Below, piece after piece: positions 47,218-57,803 of a stretch of DNA of 64,000 nt. Source of the DNA: a virus. Location: the IMG/VR virus record IMGVR_UViG_3300042566_002057, positions 64,001 to 128,000 of that record, one strand, 5' to 3'. The position numbers and the translations under genes were made by a program. How positions within the stretch are numbered: the first letter of the stretch is position 1; every line of letters begins with the position of its first letter. The notes beneath the pieces were generated by a model that was given only the letters and a program-made list of their open reading frames with translations, was not told where the DNA came from and did not search any database.

Positions 47218-49058
47218 TTTAATAATTCCGTTTTTCTCAAATCAGAACTCTTACCAAACCAAATATCTAATGACTTATCAGAAACATCATCTTTTGTAAT
47301 TAAGGTAAGTTTTGGACTATTGATAATATCTTGGTACTCATCATCAACAAGTGCTGCTAAACCTTTTTTGTATTTAATATCCCATTGTTTTAAGTCTGTC
47401 TTGGATTCCCATTGATTATACTCATCCTGTGAGTAAAAAAGAACCTTCTTCTTAGTTTTAGATTTGGGAATAGCAACAACAATTGGTGTTTCTACTTTGT
47501 AAATCATTCTTCTATCAAACATATCTGGCCAGTACTTATGAAAAAAGTTTATTAAAAGACCAGCGATTGAATTACCGTCAACATCAGCATCGACATAAAA
47601 AAGAATACGACCATATCTTAAGTCTTTAAGATCAATCTTTTGACCTAATTTTAATCCAATTGAAGCCATAAGATTTACTACTTCTGAGTTTTGAACTAAT
47701 TTCTGATTAGTCATTTCAGATACATTAACAAATTTACCTTTAAGAGCAAAGGCTCCCATTACTTGAGGATCTCTATACTTTCTAAAGGCTGAAATAGCTG
47801 AGTCACCCTCGAACAAACCAATTGAATACTTCCATCTTTCCTTACCCTTTGCGTCAATTAATTTTTCAACTTTAATCTTATCAAGTTTTTTATTTAATTC
47901 TCTTTGTAGTTTAGAATCTTCTGCTGATTTCTTTTGTTGAATCCAATCAAGAATTGAATTAACAATTTCAGACTTAAGTATTTGTTGTATCAGTTTCTGA
48001 GATACCTCAAATGTAGAACCAAAGTCTTTAATCTCTGTAATTAACTTTTCTTTAGTTTGAGATGAGAAAGATGGATTAATTACAGTAGAGTCTAAGAATA
48101 AAAACATATGTTGTTTTAATTCAGAAGGTTTGACATCTACTTTATGTTTCTTAGTAAAGAACTCTCTTAATTGTGATATGATTTGATTCATAACATAATC
48201 AACGTGAGTACCACCATCGTAAGTATCTGTCGAGTTGGCAAAACTCACTTGTTGAAATCCATTCTCAGAGAGAGCAACTCCAATAGACCAAGTTTTATCT
48301 TTCTTTGATTCGTAGAAATAATTTGTATTATAAAGTTTGATATAATCCTCAAATGATTTGAAGTTAATTAGTTTACCATTGAAGTAGATTTTAAGACCAG
48401 TGTTACATGCCGCTATATCATACACTCTCTTTTCAATCATACGATAGTGTTCATTATCGATACCGGTAAGACCAAATTTATCAAAGTCTACTAAGTAGTT
48501 AATTTCAGTATGATTCTTCGTGGACTTTTTAACTTTAGGTGCCGTTCTTTTTCTCATATTATCAGAGAAAGTTTGAGTGAAGTGATTTTTACCATCACAA
48601 GTAGTAACGGTAAACTTTTTAGAATAGATATTAGTCAATGTTGATCCAACACCATTTGTACCAGCCCATGATCTTGATTCAGTGTCATCAAAGTTAGAAC
48701 CAGCTTTTAAGTTAGAAAAAATCATTTCTGGAATCCACTCTTTGTGTTGTGTGTGTTTAACAACAGGAATTCCACCATTGTCCCAGATATTAATGTATCC
48801 AGTAGATTGGTCAATAGTTACTTTGATTGTATTTAGTTTAGAACCTTCTCTTTTACTTTCGTCTACTGAGTTAGTAACAATCTCATCAAATATTTTGAGA
48901 AAACCTGGATTATAAGTAATCTCTGATTGAGACATTTTGTTTTCATTGAGTAACCATTTATTTGATTTGTGTGGTTTGATTGAACCAATATACATTCCCG
49001 GTCTGAGAATAACGTGGTCTATATCATCTAATTTCTTGAATTTCTTATCAACTGACAT
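47214..49058 (-). CDS. Type II DNA topoisomerase large (ATPase/TOPRIM) subunit, T4 gp39+60-like
   Basis: RPGMYIGS, EIVTNSVD, GTNGVG, FSSQTKE, EGDSA, DADVDG, KKGL. Confidence 0.93.
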   Translation of the reverse strand: MSVDKKFKKLDDIDHVILRPGMYIGSIKPHKSNKWLLNENKMSQSEITYNPGFLKIFDEIVTNSVDESKREGSKLNTIKVTIDQSTGYINIWDNGGIPVVKHTQHKEWIPEMIFSNLKAGSNFDDTESRSWAGTNGVGSTLTNIYSKKFTVTTCDGKNHFTQTFSDNMRKRTAPKVKKSTKNHTEINYLVDFDKFGLTGIDNEHYRMIEKRVYDIAACNTGLKIYFNGKLINFKSFEDYIKLYNTNYFYESKKDKTWSIGVALSENGFQQVSFANSTDTYDGGTHVDYVMNQIISQLREFFTKKHKVDVKPSELKQHMFLFLDSTVINPSFSSQTKEKLITEIKDFGSTFEVSQKLIQQILKSEIVNSILDWIQQKKSAEDSKLQRELNKKLDKIKVEKLIDAKGKERWKYSIGLFEGDSAISAFRKYRDPQVMGAFALKGKFVNVSEMTNQKLVQNSEVVNLMASIGLKLGQKIDLKDLRYGRILFYVDADVDGNSIAGLLINFFHKYWPDMFDRRMIYKVETPIVVAIPKSKTKKKVLFYSQDEYNQWESKTDLKQWDIKYKKGLAALVDDEYQDIINSPKLTLITKDDVSDKSLDIWFGKSSDLRKTELLK

Positions 49059-49117
49059 TTAATCTAAAAATAAATTTTAGTTATATATCGTCAATCTTAT
49101 AGTTTGTTTATAACTTA

Positions 49118-49783
49118 TTACTTTAAGGGAATTTCCGGATCAATCGAAAACCTATCATTTAAGTAAGCTTTAAGTTCATTTTCAATATAATTATCGGGAA
49201 CTTCTTGGTCTAAGTTTTCAAGAGCCATTTTTTCAGAAAGATATAGTGAAAATTGTTGTAACACTTCTGGTTTGATTGCTTCAACAATCCTATCAGATAC
49301 AACAAATGCTCTAGTGAATCTATCTTTTTCATGTGTAAAATCACCTTCAGCAACTGACATAGTTGCGTCAATTACCTTCTTTAAGAAGGCTGGATAATCA
49401 TTACCTGGATCAGCTAATATTGGAGCAATCACTTTATTAAATGCTCTTGATGAGCCAAGAATATAACCTATAATTGCTACAATCGGAAAGAAAGGAGCTA
49501 AAGCCATTGGTATAATTCTATGAACCGCTTTTATGATTCCGGTTTTAATATCGGTTCTTCTTTTAGCATCTCTAGCATCATGAAAAAGAGCATTTAACAT
49601 TCCAAATGTAAATCTTCTACCAGTATCTTGTAAGTATTTAGCTAAACTACCACGGTGAGCATGATAAAGATGTCTATTGATTTCATCTTCATCAGTAACT
49701 CCCAATCTTAACAACTCAGCTCTAATGTTATCGTCAAATTTTTCTAAAATCATAAATTCTTGATAACTCTTTACACGTTCCAT
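49118..49783 (-). CDS. Hypothetical membrane-hairpin protein with N-terminal tag
   Basis: Starts MERVKSYQEFMILEK; hydrophobic IIPMALAPFFPIVAIIGYILG. Confidence 0.55.
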   Translation of the reverse strand: MERVKSYQEFMILEKFDDNIRAELLRLGVTDEDEINRHLYHAHRGSLAKYLQDTGRRFTFGMLNALFHDARDAKRRTDIKTGIIKAVHRIIPMALAPFFPIVAIIGYILGSSRAFNKVIAPILADPGNDYPAFLKKVIDATMSVAEGDFTHEKDRFTRAFVVSDRIVEAIKPEVLQQFSLYLSEKMALENLDQEVPDNYIENELKAYLNDRFSIDPEIPLK

Positions 49784-49889
49784 AGTGTATATATTAATTT
49801 ACAAACATTTAATATTAAGTTAATATCCCCACTATAAAAAACCAGACAATTCTTATCAATTTTATTTAATAAAAAAATAAATAGATAAG

Positions 49890-50621
49890 ATGAAAATAAA
49901 AACATTATTCATTTCCGATGTTCACTTAGGCACATCAAAATGTCAAGCTGACAAACTTCTTCAGGTACTTAAAGACTATGAATATGAGAAGTTAATAATC
50001 GTAGGAGACTTTATAGATTTAACATCACTTAAAAGAAAGTTTTTCTGGAAACCAGATCATTCTACAGTAATACAAAAAATTCTAAGGTCTTCTAGAAAAG
50101 GTACAGAAGTTGTTTATATTTTAGGTAATCACGATTTTTATTTAAGAGGTCTTATAGATGATGGTGATATAAATATTGGTGATATTTTACTTTGTGATGA
50201 ATACTACCACACAACAGTTTCTGGTGAAAGAATTTATATATGTCACGGTGACCAATTTGACGGATTCATAAGATTACATCCATTTTTGTATGTATTGGGT
50301 GATTGGGCGTATGAAATGAGTTTTAAGATAAATAAATGGTATAATGTGATGAGGAGATTTTTTGGTTTACAATACTGGTCTCTTTCTCAATATCTTAAAC
50401 ATAAAGTTAAAAATGCTATTGCTTTTATCAATGACTTTAAGATATTATCTATGAGAAAATTAGATGAAGTGAAATGTGACTCTATAATGATAGGACACAT
50501 ACACACACCTGCTGTTGAAAAGATTGGAGATAAACATTACTACAACACTGGAGACTTTTGTGAAAGTTGTTCATTCTTATATGAAGATATCAATGGTGAA
50601 ATAAAACTGGTAGTATTGTGA
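49890..50621 (+). CDS. Calcineurin-like metallophosphoesterase (LpxH-like)
   Basis: SDVHLG, GDFID, GNHD, HGDQFD, GHIH, NTGD. Confidence 0.85.
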   Translation: MKIKTLFISDVHLGTSKCQADKLLQVLKDYEYEKLIIVGDFIDLTSLKRKFFWKPDHSTVIQKILRSSRKGTEVVYILGNHDFYLRGLIDDGDINIGDILLCDEYYHTTVSGERIYICHGDQFDGFIRLHPFLYVLGDWAYEMSFKINKWYNVMRRFFGLQYWSLSQYLKHKVKNAIAFINDFKILSMRKLDEVKCDSIMIGHIHTPAVEKIGDKHYYNTGDFCESCSFLYEDINGEIKLVVL

Positions 50622-50660
50622 TAAAAACAAAAAAAGATTTTTCTCATATATATCATTATT

Positions 50661-52001
50661 ATGAGAGAAACTTCAATTACTAACTTTCTAGCAAAAGAAT
50701 ATAAAGAGTTTGCAATGTACTCGATTGAGGGTAGAGCTATACCTTCTATTGTTGATGGTTTTAAACCTACCCAAAGAAAAATTATTCACGTTTCAAGTCA
50801 GATTTGGAAGACCGGAAATGAAAAAACTCTTAAAGTATTTCAGTTAGGTGGTAAAGTTGCATCTGATGCTTTTTATCATCACGGAAACGCTTCATTAGAA
50901 AATGCCATTATTACGATGGCTCAGAGATTCAAGAATAACGCACCTCTATTAGAAGAAGAAGGACAGTTTGGTTCATTAAGATCCCCACAAGCTGGTGCTC
51001 CTCGTTATATCGGAACTAAACTCACAGAGAACTATAGATTACTTTACAAAGACTTTGAGTTATTAGAATATAAACAAGAAGAAGGTGAATCAATTGAACC
51101 AAAATTCTTTTTACCTATTATTCCAACTGTACTTATTAACGGTTCATCTGGAATTGCCGTAGGATTCGCATCAAACATTCTAAACAGAGATGTTAAAAGT
51201 ATAATCGAATGTTGTCAAAAGATTTTAACAGATAAAAAAATATCTGAAGTTAAACCATCTTTAACAGGATTCACTGGTGAGTTCATACAGGATAAAGAAA
51301 ATCCAAAAAGATGGATTATTAGAGGTAAGTTTGTAAGAGCAAACACTTCAACTGTTAAAATATCAGAACTCCCACCATCAATGACTTATGAAAAATACGA
51401 AGAGATTTTAGACAAACTTGTTGATGACAAATTAATTGTTTCTTATGATGACAACTGTAAGGATAACATAGATTATACAATAAAGTTTACACGTTCTGAT
51501 TTAGAGAAATTAGATGACGAGAAACTAATTAAGTTATTGAAATTAGAAGAATCATCTACCGAAATATTCTCAACACTAGATGAGACTGGTAAATTAATGA
51601 TATTTGAGTCGACATCAGATATGATCACTTACTTTGTTAATTTCAGATTGACATATTATCATAAGAGAAAACAATTCTTATTAGATAAATTAAACAGAGA
51701 ACTAAAAATACTTTCTAATCGTGGTCGATTTATTAAAGCAATAATTGATGGTAAATTAAAAGTTAACAATGTTGCTAAGTCTCAAATCATCGAAGGAATT
51801 GAAGCGATGGGTTTAGATAAGATAGATGACTCATACGATTATCTTTTAAGAATGCCTATCTACTCCTTAACAAAAGAGATGTATGAAAAGTTAAAAGAAG
51901 ACTTTAAATTGAAAAAAGAAGAGATTACAAAATTAGAAGCAACCGATCCAAAAGATATGTATATAGATGATCTTAATGAGTTAAAAAAGAAATTTAAATA
52001 A
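50661..52001 (+). CDS. Type II DNA topoisomerase DNA-cleavage subunit, T4 gp52-like
   Basis: RAIPSIVDGFKPTQRK, YHHG, APRY catalytic Tyr, GIAVGF. Confidence 0.93.
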   Translation: MRETSITNFLAKEYKEFAMYSIEGRAIPSIVDGFKPTQRKIIHVSSQIWKTGNEKTLKVFQLGGKVASDAFYHHGNASLENAIITMAQRFKNNAPLLEEEGQFGSLRSPQAGAPRYIGTKLTENYRLLYKDFELLEYKQEEGESIEPKFFLPIIPTVLINGSSGIAVGFASNILNRDVKSIIECCQKILTDKKISEVKPSLTGFTGEFIQDKENPKRWIIRGKFVRANTSTVKISELPPSMTYEKYEEILDKLVDDKLIVSYDDNCKDNIDYTIKFTRSDLEKLDDEKLIKLLKLEESSTEIFSTLDETGKLMIFESTSDMITYFVNFRLTYYHKRKQFLLDKLNRELKILSNRGRFIKAIIDGKLKVNNVAKSQIIEGIEAMGLDKIDDSYDYLLRMPIYSLTKEMYEKLKEDFKLKKEEITKLEATDPKDMYIDDLNELKKKFK

Positions 52002-52303
52002 TGGAAAGAATGAAAAGATATGAGGATTTCAAGAATGAAAGTAATGATACTGACTACCTCACTAAAGAAGAACTTGAAAAAGTAAAGTGGACTAGATATA
52101 AAATTATAGTTCCGACTCAAGAAGATAAAGAAGAATTAGAGAAAGCGTTTGAGCACATTCACTATTCTGATATTGATACAGATAATATTGCTGTTAATCA
52201 ATTAGCACATGAATATCTAACTGAAGAAGTAACAGGTGATACTCAAACCAAAAATAATATTATAGTTGACGAAGAACTATATAATAAATTAAATAAAAAC
52301 TAA
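52001..52303 (+). CDS. Hypothetical protein with N-terminal tag
   Basis: Starts MERMKRYEDFKNES. Confidence 0.55.
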   Translation: MERMKRYEDFKNESNDTDYLTKEELEKVKWTRYKIIVPTQEDKEELEKAFEHIHYSDIDTDNIAVNQLAHEYLTEEVTGDTQTKNNIIVDEELYNKLNKN

Positions 52304-53181
52304 TGAAAAGTTTAGTAACAGGAGGTCTTGGATTTGTTGGATCAAATTTGGTTGATATGTTAGTATCAATGGGTGATGAAGTTTGGGTTATTGACGACCT
52401 CTCATCAGAGTCTTCATCATTAGATTATAAGAATTCAGAAGCTAACTATGTAATTGATAAAGTTGAAAATATTAGATCACACTCTAATGAAAGATTTGAT
52501 AGAATTTTTCACTTAGCAGCAAAGGCTAGAATACAACCATCATTTGATAATCCTACTGAATATTTTAATTCCAATGCTTATGGTACATCAGAGTTGATGG
52601 AATTTGCGAGAACATCAAATTCTGGAATTGTTGTCTATGCCACTACATCATCTAAAAATCATGGTTCGCCTTATATCACACCATACACATACTATAAAGT
52701 TGTTGGTGAAGGTATTCTCAAAACTTACGCGAATTGTTTTAATCAAAAATGTGCAATGGCTACTTTCTACAACGTATATGGTCCGAGAGAACCAAAAGTG
52801 GGTGAGTGGGCAACTGTCGTTGCAAAGTTTGGTAGACAATGGCAAGATGGTGAACAACTTACTATCGTTGGTACTGGTGAACAAACCAGAGATTTTACAC
52901 ACGTTGATGATATTTGTAAAGGACTTATTCGTATAAGTGAAGATAATTGGTATGGTGAAAACTTTGATTTAGGAAGAGGTGTACCAGTTTCTATTTTAGA
53001 ACTATCTAAACTTTGGTGTGATAATGAGAGTAGAATATCTTTTGTTCCTTTAAGAAAAAATGAAGGTCTTCATACAGAATCTGATTATGAAAAAACCTAT
53101 GGGATGATAGGTTGGAGAGCTCAAGTAAATCTAAAAGATTATATTATTAAGGTAAAAAATAAAACTGAGGTTTTGTCATAA
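52303..53181 (+). CDS. NAD-dependent nucleotide-sugar epimerase/dehydratase
   Basis: TGGLGFVGS, FHLAA, YTYYK (YxxxK), NVYGP, RDFTHVDD. Confidence 0.88.
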   Translation: MKSLVTGGLGFVGSNLVDMLVSMGDEVWVIDDLSSESSSLDYKNSEANYVIDKVENIRSHSNERFDRIFHLAAKARIQPSFDNPTEYFNSNAYGTSELMEFARTSNSGIVVYATTSSKNHGSPYITPYTYYKVVGEGILKTYANCFNQKCAMATFYNVYGPREPKVGEWATVVAKFGRQWQDGEQLTIVGTGEQTRDFTHVDDICKGLIRISEDNWYGENFDLGRGVPVSILELSKLWCDNESRISFVPLRKNEGLHTESDYEKTYGMIGWRAQVNLKDYIIKVKNKTEVLS

Positions 53182-53208
53182 TTAATTTAATTACTATATT
53201 TGTCAGTA

Positions 53209-54330
53209 ATGAAACAAGAACTATTTAACCTTATTGAACAAAAATCACCAGGAGCAAGACCTTTATATCTTGTTATTCGTGGTTCACATGCTTACGGAAC
53301 TAATATTGAAAGTTCTGATACTGACTATGCTGGTGTATTTATTCAATCAATGGATGACATCTTTGGATTTAATTACAAAGAGCAAATTAATGATGATAAG
53401 AATGATACTGTGATTTATGAAGTTCGTAGATTTCTTCAACTTCTTGCTAGTAATAATCCAACTGTATTAGAATTACTTAACACTCCACAAGATTGTGTTA
53501 TCTATAAAGACCCTATCTTCGACTTGATTCTAAATGACCGTGATAAGTTTATCACTAAAGTTTGTGCTAAGTCTTTTGGTGGTTATGCTAAACAACAAAT
53601 TTCTAAAGCAAAAGGACAAGATAAAAAACAAAACTGGGAGAAAGACAAAGTAACTCGTAAAACTCCTTTAGATTTCTGTTATATTCATCGTGGTGAAAAA
53701 TCAATTTCACTTGTGAATTTTATGGAAGAAAAAGGCATGGACCAAAGATTTTGTGGTTTATCTAATATTCCACATAGTAGAGATACTTACGCACTTTTCT
53801 ATGACTTTAAGGAAGAAGAAACCAATGGTGAAATTAAAAATTTAGGATTTAAGGGTATTGCTTTTGAGGATTCTAATCAAGTTAGACTATCATCTATTCC
53901 GGTAGATGTTCCTAAAAACTATTTTATTGGACACATTTCTTACAATAAAGATGGATACTCACAACATTGTAAAGATTATCTTTCTTATCAAGAATGGTTA
54001 GAAAAAAGAAATGAATCACGTTGGGTAGATGTTCAATCACACGGTCAAAAAATTGACGGTAAGAACATGATGCACTGCATGAGACTTATTCAAATGTCGA
54101 GAGAGATTGCTGAAGGTAAAGGTATTATTGTAAAAAGACCAAACGCTTCTGAGTTAATTTCTATTCGTAAAGGTGAAGTGGATTTACAGACTTTAATTGA
54201 TAATGTTGAAAATGAAATCTTAGAGATTGATAATCTTTTTGATAATTCTAATTTACCTAACTCAGTAGACTCGGATTTTGTTCACAATCTTTTAGTCAAA
54301 ATTAGAAATCAAGTATATAATATAAATTAA
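53209..54330 (+). CDS. Predicted nucleotidyltransferase (YcgL/T4 NrdC.11-like)
   Basis: GSHAYG...SDTD..GVF, NPTVLELL, K.MMHC.RL, L.IRKG; ATG 53209 follows a class A promoter. Confidence 0.8.
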   Translation: MKQELFNLIEQKSPGARPLYLVIRGSHAYGTNIESSDTDYAGVFIQSMDDIFGFNYKEQINDDKNDTVIYEVRRFLQLLASNNPTVLELLNTPQDCVIYKDPIFDLILNDRDKFITKVCAKSFGGYAKQQISKAKGQDKKQNWEKDKVTRKTPLDFCYIHRGEKSISLVNFMEEKGMDQRFCGLSNIPHSRDTYALFYDFKEEETNGEIKNLGFKGIAFEDSNQVRLSSIPVDVPKNYFIGHISYNKDGYSQHCKDYLSYQEWLEKRNESRWVDVQSHGQKIDGKNMMHCMRLIQMSREIAEGKGIIVKRPNASELISIRKGEVDLQTLIDNVENEILEIDNLFDNSNLPNSVDSDFVHNLLVKIRNQVYNIN

Positions 54331-54340
54331 TATATAGTTT

Positions 54341-54952
54341 ATGACGTTTTTTATTTCACTTATGATAATTATGATGGTGTTTGCTTTGGGTATGAAAGCT
54401 CAAAATACCATTTATAAATACAGTTCAGACACTGAGCAAAAGAAGAAAATTTCAGAAAAGAATCAAGAGTTTTCTGAAATTTTACAAAATATTCATAGTT
54501 GTATATTTAGAAGTAGAGTAAATACAACTGTTTACATACAAACTAAATCATCAAAACACGGTGATGTTGATATTATTTACTTGATGGACAAACCGGATAT
54601 TGCAATATTCAAAGGTGATTCCTGTATTTACACATCTGATTCGGTTGACGAAGAAATTATTACTAAAATTATTGAGTCAATAAATATTAAGTTTAGAAGT
54701 AAAATTAATGATGTTGTAGAAGTATTAGGTTTTACTTTTTACAGAGAAGATTTTGAGAAAACCTTTGGTGGTAAATTCAAGAATATGAATTTTGACTCAC
54801 TAATCCAAGAAGACGAACTTGGTTCTATAATTAAAGAAAACTCAAAGAAATTTGACTTAGATGAAATATTAGATAAAATTTCTGAGTTTGGTGTTAACTC
54901 TCTAACATTAGAGGAAAGATTGTTCCTCGATAAGTATGGAAAGAAAGATTAA
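54341..54952 (+). CDS. Membrane-anchored protein with C-terminal LDEILDKIS..G..SLT.EE..FL domain (DUF6576-like)
   Basis: N-terminal hydrophobic helix; C-terminal motif shared with 62320-62910. Confidence 0.55.
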   Translation: MTFFISLMIIMMVFALGMKAQNTIYKYSSDTEQKKKISEKNQEFSEILQNIHSCIFRSRVNTTVYIQTKSSKHGDVDIIYLMDKPDIAIFKGDSCIYTSDSVDEEIITKIIESINIKFRSKINDVVEVLGFTFYREDFEKTFGGKFKNMNFDSLIQEDELGSIIKENSKKFDLDEILDKISEFGVNSLTLEERLFLDKYGKKD

Positions 54953-55310
54953 TTTAGAAAATATAATTTCTTCTATTGAGTTCTATGATTATACATCATT
55001 GAATAAAATGGTCAATTTAATTATTGAATCAAATAATACTTATTATTTTATTGAGGATGAATTAGAAAAAGTTATAGATGTGACTCAAATGCCATCCTAT
55101 ATTCAATTAGATTGGTTTAAGTATAACAAAAAAGAATTAACTTTATCTATAGTTAACAAACATATCAAGTATTTAAAAGACTCAATAGAAGATTTATATA
55201 CAAAAAATATGTCAATTCAAAAAAATATTGAAGTTGAACAACAAATACAACAAGTACTTGAAAAAGTATTTTTAATTAGACGAGACCTTATTATTAACGG
55301 AATACTATAA
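54936..55310 (+). CDS. Hypothetical protein with C-terminal tag
   Basis: Ends RRDLIINGIL. Confidence 0.55.
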   Translation: MERKINLENIISSIEFYDYTSLNKMVNLIIESNNTYYFIEDELEKVIDVTQMPSYIQLDWFKYNKKELTLSIVNKHIKYLKDSIEDLYTKNMSIQKNIEVEQQIQQVLEKVFLIRRDLIINGIL

Positions 55311-55312
55311 AA

Positions 55313-55480
55313 ATGAAAAAACAGATTGCTAAAAAAACAGACACATTTGCTCATTATGCTCCAGTAGGCAAAGCCTTTTGTGAAAGTAAATGTGATAGAA
55401 AAGTTATTATGACTAAAGACGGACCTGTCATTGTTTGCAACGGTTGTATGAGAATTGTTATGGACAACAGAGAAAACTAA
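55313..55480 (+). CDS. Small Zn-ribbon-like protein missed by the ORF track (55 aa)
   Basis: MKKQIAKKTDTFAHYAPVGKAFCESKCDRKVIMTKDGPVIVCNGCMRIVMDNREN, with CxxxC and CxxC. Confidence 0.55.
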   Translation: MKKQIAKKTDTFAHYAPVGKAFCESKCDRKVIMTKDGPVIVCNGCMRIVMDNREN

Positions 55481-55543
55481 TAGTAATTTTTATCGTATAA
55501 CTAATTAATAAAATTATATTTTACAAAACAATATATAAAAATT

Positions 55544-57766
55544 ATGAAGAAAGCTTTACTAACACTAATCAGTACAATAGCCTTAGTCAATACACTATTC
55601 TCTCAGTATTGTCCATTTCTAGGCCCAGATCAATTTTTACCGTGTGGTGTGACATCAACAACACTCACTGCTGACTTAAGTCAATGTGGACCAGGTGGTG
55701 CAAATCCAAACCAAACAACTAACTATGGTGTTACTCAAATTCCTTATGTTTCTCAAACAAATACAGGTACTTTAGTCAATTTGTCGGATGACTCACAATC
55801 AGGTCCTTTCAATATTGGATTTACTTTTTGTTACTTTGGTCAAACCTACACACAATTTTATATTGGATCAAATGGTTGGATATCATTTAGTGCTGGTCAA
55901 TCAACCACATTTACCTCAACTCCAATTCCAAACGTTGCTGCTACAACTCCCAAAAACTGTATTATGGGACCGTGGCAAGATTGGAATCCTGGAATAGGTG
56001 GTCAAATAAGATACCAAGTTCAAGGAACAGCACCGTGTCGTAAATTAGTCGTGAGTTGGGTAAATGTGCCAATGTTTTCTTGTACGAATTTATTGGGAAC
56101 TTTTCATATTGTAATTTATGAATCAACTAACGTAATCGAAAATCACATACAGAATAAACCAAATTGTCTACAATGGGCTGGTGGAACAGCAGTACAAGGT
56201 ATTCATAACTTACCAGGTACTACAGCAATATCTGTTCCTGGTAGAAATTCATCACAATGGACCACACAAAATGATGCAAGAAGATGGACACCATCTGGAC
56301 CAGTTGTTACTCCAACACTAACTTGGTTTCAAGTTGGAAATCCAAATCCAATAGGAACAGGACCTACTATTACAGTAACCCCACCACCAGCTGGTGCTAA
56401 CTACACTTGTCAATTTGTTTATCCAATTTGTAATACTGGGTGGTCTAATTGTAATTTAGCAGGTGGTGGATTAGGACCAGACACAGTTTTTGTTCAACCA
56501 GGTCCACCTCAATTACCTAACCCAACTGTAGTTTTTCAAGATCCTTTATGTAATGGTGATTGTAACGGAACAATTGATGTCACACCCAATGGTGGTACCG
56601 GAGTTATTACAATTTCTTGGACAACACCAAATAATGGATTTAATCTAACTAGCTTATGTGCTGGAAACTACAACTATAACTTAATAGATGCTGCTGGATG
56701 TACTTACAATGGTTCAGTGACTCTCAATAATCCACCGGTAGTCATAGTGAGTACTATAACAGGATCTGATACTGTATGTATTAGTTCTAATAATGAATTA
56801 TATTCGGTAGTTAATCAACCTGGTTATACTTACATTTGGCAGACAATTGGTAATATAACCTCTGGTCAAAATACAAATACAATTACAGTTGACTGGAGTT
56901 CACAACCTTCTGGATTTATCCCTGGTTCAGTTCAAGTTACAGCTTATAACCAAAACAATTGTCCAAGTCTTCCTTCCGTATTCGATTTAACAGTTTTCTC
57001 GGTAAGTCCTTTAATAACTCAAATTGGTCCTTTCTGTACTTATGATGAATGTGAATTATTGACAGCTCAACCAATAGGTGGATTATTTACTATAAATGGT
57101 AACAACAACACACAGTTTTGCCCTCAATCAAATTCATCTTTTGATACGGTTGTCTACACTTATGTACAAAGTGGTTGTATCTTTTATGATACAGCATCTT
57201 TTGTAGTAAATCCACAACCTAATATTCTAAGCATCTCACCGGATAACTCTTTTCTAGAGCTCTGTGAAGGTGATTCAGTACAAATAGATTTTAGTATTCA
57301 ATCTACATTAAATGGAATTGTTAGTTGGAATATCAATAATCAACAAATTAATAGTATTAGCTCTATTTCAACTACTTGGAATTCATTTGGAACCTTTATA
57401 ATAGATGCTTTTGTAACAACACCTGAAGGTTGTGTCTCACCTGAAATATCAACATCATTAACTATTCAAGAGTGTCCAAATACTTTAATTTATATACCAA
57501 ACTCTTTTACACCTGATGGTGATGAGCATAACAACAAATGGTTACCAGTCTTCACAAGTGGGTTCGATCCTTTTGACGTAGATATATTTGTTTTTAATAG
57601 ATGGGGTGAACTTGTATGGGAATCTCATAATGTTAGTTTTGGTTGGGATGGTACTTACCAGGGTACGATGTGTCCAGTTGGGGTTTATGTTTACAAAATC
57701 ACTTATGGTAATGTTAAAAATGATTCCAGAAGTATTATTATTGGTCACTTAACTTTATTGAAATAA
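55544..57766 (+). CDS. Secreted adhesin-like protein with T9SS type-B (gliding-motility-associated) C-terminal domain
   Basis: Signal peptide ending LFSQ; SprB/PKD-like repeats; IPNSFTPDGD..N, IFVFNRWGELV, GWDGTY.G...PVGVYVY. Confidence 0.85.
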   Translation: MKKALLTLISTIALVNTLFSQYCPFLGPDQFLPCGVTSTTLTADLSQCGPGGANPNQTTNYGVTQIPYVSQTNTGTLVNLSDDSQSGPFNIGFTFCYFGQTYTQFYIGSNGWISFSAGQSTTFTSTPIPNVAATTPKNCIMGPWQDWNPGIGGQIRYQVQGTAPCRKLVVSWVNVPMFSCTNLLGTFHIVIYESTNVIENHIQNKPNCLQWAGGTAVQGIHNLPGTTAISVPGRNSSQWTTQNDARRWTPSGPVVTPTLTWFQVGNPNPIGTGPTITVTPPPAGANYTCQFVYPICNTGWSNCNLAGGGLGPDTVFVQPGPPQLPNPTVVFQDPLCNGDCNGTIDVTPNGGTGVITISWTTPNNGFNLTSLCAGNYNYNLIDAAGCTYNGSVTLNNPPVVIVSTITGSDTVCISSNNELYSVVNQPGYTYIWQTIGNITSGQNTNTITVDWSSQPSGFIPGSVQVTAYNQNNCPSLPSVFDLTVFSVSPLITQIGPFCTYDECELLTAQPIGGLFTINGNNNTQFCPQSNSSFDTVVYTYVQSGCIFYDTASFVVNPQPNILSISPDNSFLELCEGDSVQIDFSIQSTLNGIVSWNINNQQINSISSISTTWNSFGTFIIDAFVTTPEGCVSPEISTSLTIQECPNTLIYIPNSFTPDGDEHNNKWLPVFTSGFDPFDVDIFVFNRWGELVWESHNVSFGWDGTYQGTMCPVGVYVYKITYGNVKNDSRSIIIGHLTLLK

Positions 57767-57803
57767 TTATTTCTTATCATATTTTTTTATTATATTTGTA
57801 ATT

